This document shows, in pieces, positions 60,501-64,000 of a DNA stretch of 64,000 bases; position 1 is the first letter of the stretch, and each line of letters starts with the position of its first letter. This DNA comes from Ginglymostoma cirratum. Taxonomy: Eukaryota. The position numbers were made by a program, and so were the translations under genes. The stretch is from the NCBI GenBank assembly GCA_024137785.1, contig JAHRHZ010000081.1, positions 15,323,245-15,387,244 on the forward strand. Direction: 5' to 3'. The notes below the pieces were generated by a model. The model worked only from the letters and a program-made list of their open reading frames with translations. It made no database searches and was not told the origin of the DNA.

Positions 60501-62741
60501 CAAGTGTATCTGACTATACTGGTAAGATGCAGGGAATGTGATTGCCTCTGATTGCAAAGTTAAAAGGAAAACTTTCTGTGCTGGTTCAGTTCAGTTTCTC
60601 TTATCAGAACTGTAAATTATTTTCTGGGTTTCATAGGGTACAAGACATTTGTTGATCCTGGCATCTCGCCCGAGTTTCAAGCTGCTGCCATCAGATTTGG
60701 TGATAGCCTGGTACCTCCAGGCGTTTACATGAGGTAACAAAGAGAAGATATACCATTATTGTTTGTTTTAATATTATTTGTTTCCTTTATTTTACAATGT
60801 GGTATTTATTGGCTCCAATTTCTTAAACTTCCTCTTGGATTGTTAACCCTCCCAGACACCTGACCCAGTGGCTGCCTCTCTCGCTTCTGAAAGATTGAGA
60901 CACTTGAGCTTGTCTCTTCCTGACTCTGGTGCAGAACCGAGGGGGTGTTGCACTGTTGGCAGTATCATCTAGTGGACGAGCCATTAAACTGTGGATCTCA
61001 CTCTTAGTTTAGATAGATGTAAAAAATCAACATGGGGAGAATCCCTCAGCGCATGGGTTGGCATTAATCTTTCAACAAAATCAATGAATATAGAATATCT
61101 GGTCATTTAACCCATTGTTTGTGGGATCTTACTGTAGGCTGTCCTGTTTCTTACATCACATCAGTGACAATGGTCCAAGAGTTTGCATTTGTCTTTAAAG
61201 TCCCTTTCTTGAAATAAATATTTCCTTTAAATGTTTCTTCCATGCGATGTGGGTGTGGCTGGCAGAGCCAACTTTTATTGCTCATCTCTGATTGCCCTAC
61301 AGGCAGTGCTGGTGAGCTGCCTCCTTGTAAAGCTACAGTCCGTGTGGTGTAGATAGACCCATAACGCCTTTAGGAAGGGGGTTCCAAGATTTTGATCCAA
61401 TCACAGAGAAGGAATGGCGATATGGCTCTGAGCCTGGGCTGCTAATTTAGCAAGTGACATTTGCGTCATGCAAGTGCCAGGCAATGACCGTCTCTAATAA
61501 GAGAAAATCTAACCATCGTTCCATGACATTCAATAACATCGGCATCACTGAATGCTCCACTGTCAATAGCCTGGAGGTTACCATTGACCAGAAACTGAAC
61601 TGGATTATAGAAATACTATAGCTACGAGAGCAGCTCAGAGGCTAGGAATCCTGCAATGAGTAACTCACCTTCTGATTCCTTAAAGCCTGTATATCATCCT
61701 CAAGGCACAAGTAAGAAATGGGATAGAATACTCCCCAGTTACCTTGATGGGCGCATCTTAAACAACATTCAAGAGGCTTCACACCGACCAGCTCACTCCA
61801 TTGGTACCACATCCATATGCATTCACTCCTTTTGCCACTGACGCTTGCAAAATTCCTGAGATAGCAGCTTCCAAACCTAACTCAAAGGACATGGGCAGCA
61901 GATACATGGGAGCATTGCCACCTGCAAGTTCCCATCCAATATGTCGCCTTCAGTGTCACTGGGCCAAAAACCCTGAATTCCCTCCCTAATGGCATTGTGC
62001 GTCAACCCACAGCAGGTGGACTGCAATGATCCAAGAAGGCATCTCACCACCACCTTCTCAAGGGCAACTAGGGACGGATGAGAAATGCTGGTAGAGCCAG
62101 TAACACCCACAATCTGTGAATGAATTTTGAGAAAGCCACTGCAATGTGTGGTTTGGAGGGAACTCACAGGAGGTGCTGTTTCATCCTCTGCATCACCAGT
62201 TGAAGAGCAAACTATATTTGGTATGTTCTTCCCTCAATGAGTCTCCTCTTGACATTTGATTGGGTCAGCTTCCCACACCCAGTGTTTGGTTAACATCATC
62301 TGATTAGCTTTGATTTATTGTAGTCACATGTACCTAAGTATAGTGGAAAGTTTTGTTTTGTGAGCAGTGCAGGCAGATCATGGCAAACAAGGATGTACAG
62401 GTCATAGGGCACTTAGACATAGTGAGGCAGACAAGTTACACTGCACAGGAGGTGCACAAAGCAAGATCAACCTTATTTGGAGAGTCTATTCAGTCATCCA
62501 TTAACAGCAGGGAAGAAGCTGTTCTTGAACCTGCTGGTGTGTGTTTGTATGTTCAAGTTTCTGTATCATCTTCTGTACAAGCTTCTATATCATAGTTTCA
62601 GAAAGTTATCTTTTTACGGACATCTTTTTTTTTGTTTTGGTTTATTCCAGAAACAGGACTTGTGTATTCCGTAAAGTCAATAGCATCTACGACAGGGAGT
62701 TTCCTGCACTTCGAGTGTGCAACAATTTCTGGAGCAGACAG
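48444..62741 (+). CDS. duox: Dual oxidase, N-terminal 378 codons (join 48444-48522, 50800-50883, 53469-53633, 54914-55101, 57170-57371, 59845-60011, 60461-60521, 60637-60733, 62651-62741); gene continues beyond the window
   Basis: [67 protein letters not shown] and ALRVCNNFW are DUOX peroxidase-homology motifs. All introns are GT-AG with a continuous frame; head-to-head with duoxa. Confidence 0.95.
48665..49135 (+). mobile_element. CR1 LINE 3' fragment
   Basis: [18 protein letters not shown]...[17 protein letters not shown] remnant and ctctatgactct tail. Confidence 0.9.
50800..50883 (+). CDS. duox: duox exon
   Basis: 84 bp; [27 protein letters not shown]. Confidence 0.95.
52802..53178 (+). 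mobile_element. HE1-like SINE with duplicated A-box region
   Basis: 39-bp tandem repeat 52814-52852 / 52853-52891, then the normal SINE body. Confidence 0.85.
53469..53633 (+). CDS. duox: duox exon
   Basis: 165 bp; [33 protein letters not shown]...VLSVFF. Confidence 0.96.
54914..55101 (+). CDS. duox: duox exon
   Basis: 188 bp; [34 protein letters not shown]...SPNNPRNQ. Confidence 0.96.
57170..57371 (+). CDS. duox: duox exon
   Basis: 202 bp; [35 protein letters not shown]...GLQGFY. Confidence 0.96.
57690..58912 (+). mobile_element. CR1 LINE, RT domain through 3' tail (frameshifted)
   Basis: ORFs 57874 ([20 protein letters not shown]...SKFVDDTK) and 58079 ([12 protein letters not shown]...LEYCVQF). 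Confidence 0.93.
59845..60011 (+). CDS. duox: duox exon
   Basis: 167 bp; [28 protein letters not shown]...[19 protein letters not shown]. Confidence 0.96.
60461..60521 (+). CDS. duox: duox exon
   Basis: 61 bp; [20 protein letters not shown]. Confidence 0.95.
60637..60733 (+). CDS. duox: duox exon
   Basis: 97 bp; [33 protein letters not shown]. Confidence 0.96.
61245..62125. mobile_element. Two divergent copies of the LINE family seen at 1-1172 (- at ~61245-61425, + at ~61435-62125)
   Basis: Collinear similarity with 415-1160; the + copy ends gtgaatgaat. Confidence 0.8.
62651..62741 (+). CDS. duox: duox exon (last one visible in the window)
   Basis: 91 bp; [31 protein letters not shown]|gtacgg. 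Confidence 0.95.
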
Positions 62742-62944
62742 GTACGGAATTCAAGTGGTTAAACTCCCAAGATCACATCCAGTGATGGAGTACAGATAGT
62801 GTCGGGATTTGTAATTGCCTACAGCTTTTCCATGCCTCTCCTCTTTGATGGCAAAAAATGACGCAAGAAATTCAGGGCAGATTTTTATAAAACACCAGTT
62901 TGATATCAACTAGAGTATTGAGAGCAGACATGGTTTTAATGTGG

Positions 62945-63530
62945 AAGCAAATTACTGCAGATGCTGGAATCTGTATGGAAAACAACAAATGCTGGAGATC
63001 ACAACAGGTCAGGCAGCATCCATGGAGAGAGCGCAAGCTAATGTTTTGAGTCTAAGATGACTCTTCATCAGAGCTGATGTGAAGTCTGGAGGAGACAGCA
63101 TTTATGCTATATTTGGAGGAGTGGGGGTGAGTTGGTGTCGTTTGAGTGGGATATTGGGTGCTGGTGGAGGAAAGATATTGATAGTTCAGATTAAGTGATT
63201 GGAATGTGAGAATGACAGAACAATGGTGTCTAACTGCCAGACTTGAAAGAGAAGACAGTCCCACTGGGGTGGGGTGAGGGGAGAGAGGACATGGTGACAG
63301 AGAATGTAACAAGTAAGGCTAAAAGAAAAGGAAGGAATGGGAGCTGGTTCACAATTTGAAGGTGCTGAACACAATATTAAGTCCGGAAGGCTATGAAGTG
63401 CCCCATCTGAAGTTGAGATGTTGTTCCTCCAGTTTGTGCTGTGATTCACTGGAACACCACAGCATGCCAAGGACAGACGCGAGCGGGATGCTGTGTTAAA
63501 ATGACTGGCTTCAAGAGGGTTGGGGTCATT
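62945..63530 (-). mobile_element. Penelope-like 3' portion
   Basis: Minus-strand remnants EASHFNTAS and KLEEQHL (GIY-YIG C-terminus), then a terminal repeat with ctgatgaagagtc...gactc. Confidence 0.8.
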
Positions 63531-64000
63531 ATGTTTTAATGTGAATAATTCTAAGGATCGGGAAGAAGGGTTATGAGGACAGATAGGGACTGTTCTCCTT
63601 TTGAGAAGATTGAGAAGAGATGTCATACAAAAGCTGGAAGCATTATAAACTGGGAGGAGGACAGTGTAGAACTCCAAAGGACCTAGAGAAGTTGGTGGAG
63701 TTGGCAGATTAGTATCATTTTGGTAGGAAGAGCATGCACAGACAGTCCAAATGGGGAGATTGATATGACCAGTACATTCATTTCTATGTATTACTGGTTT
63801 CTGTCTCTGATTTGCTAATCCTCAGATGGGGAGTCCAGAGATGACGGCCTTATGATATTATCACTGTACTATTAATCCAGAGACCCTGGTAATGTCTTGG
63901 GGGAGAAAAAATTGCGGATGCTGCAAATCAGAAACAAAACAGAAATTACTGGAATAACTCACAAGGTCCGGCAGCATCTGTGGAAAGAAAGCAGAGTTAA

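Noticed and set aside
1-64000. CRISPR arrays, operons or other prokaryotic systems
   Set aside because: The sequence is spliced vertebrate DNA; no regularly spaced repeat-spacer array or long intronless ORF was seen.

Overview
Vertebrate genomic DNA, almost certainly a cartilaginous fish. It carries HE1-type SINEs, CR1 LINEs and Penelope fragments typical of sharks; species cannot be fixed from sequence alone. Three spliced genes are visible. (1) The last three coding exons of a sorbitol dehydrogenase (SORD)-like gene on + (5178-18344). It is unusually Cys-rich and ends in a 32-aa Cys/Gln tail. (2) A complete dual-oxidase maturation factor gene (duoxa) on - (ATG 40330), with two possible C-termini. 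(3) The first nine coding exons of a dual oxidase (duox) on + (ATG 48444, signal peptide and peroxidase-homology domain, continuing past the window). duoxa and duox lie head-to-head around a CpG-rich bidirectional promoter near 41100-41520. The rest is mostly decayed repeats: CR1/L2-type LINEs, tRNA SINEs, a Gmr1/Gypsy-like LTR element, probable Harbinger Myb remnants, and many Penelope terminal fragments carrying minimal hammerhead-ribozyme motifs. Exon boundaries were read by eye from GT-AG sites and reading-frame continuity. Comparisons with human proteins are from memory, not from a search.
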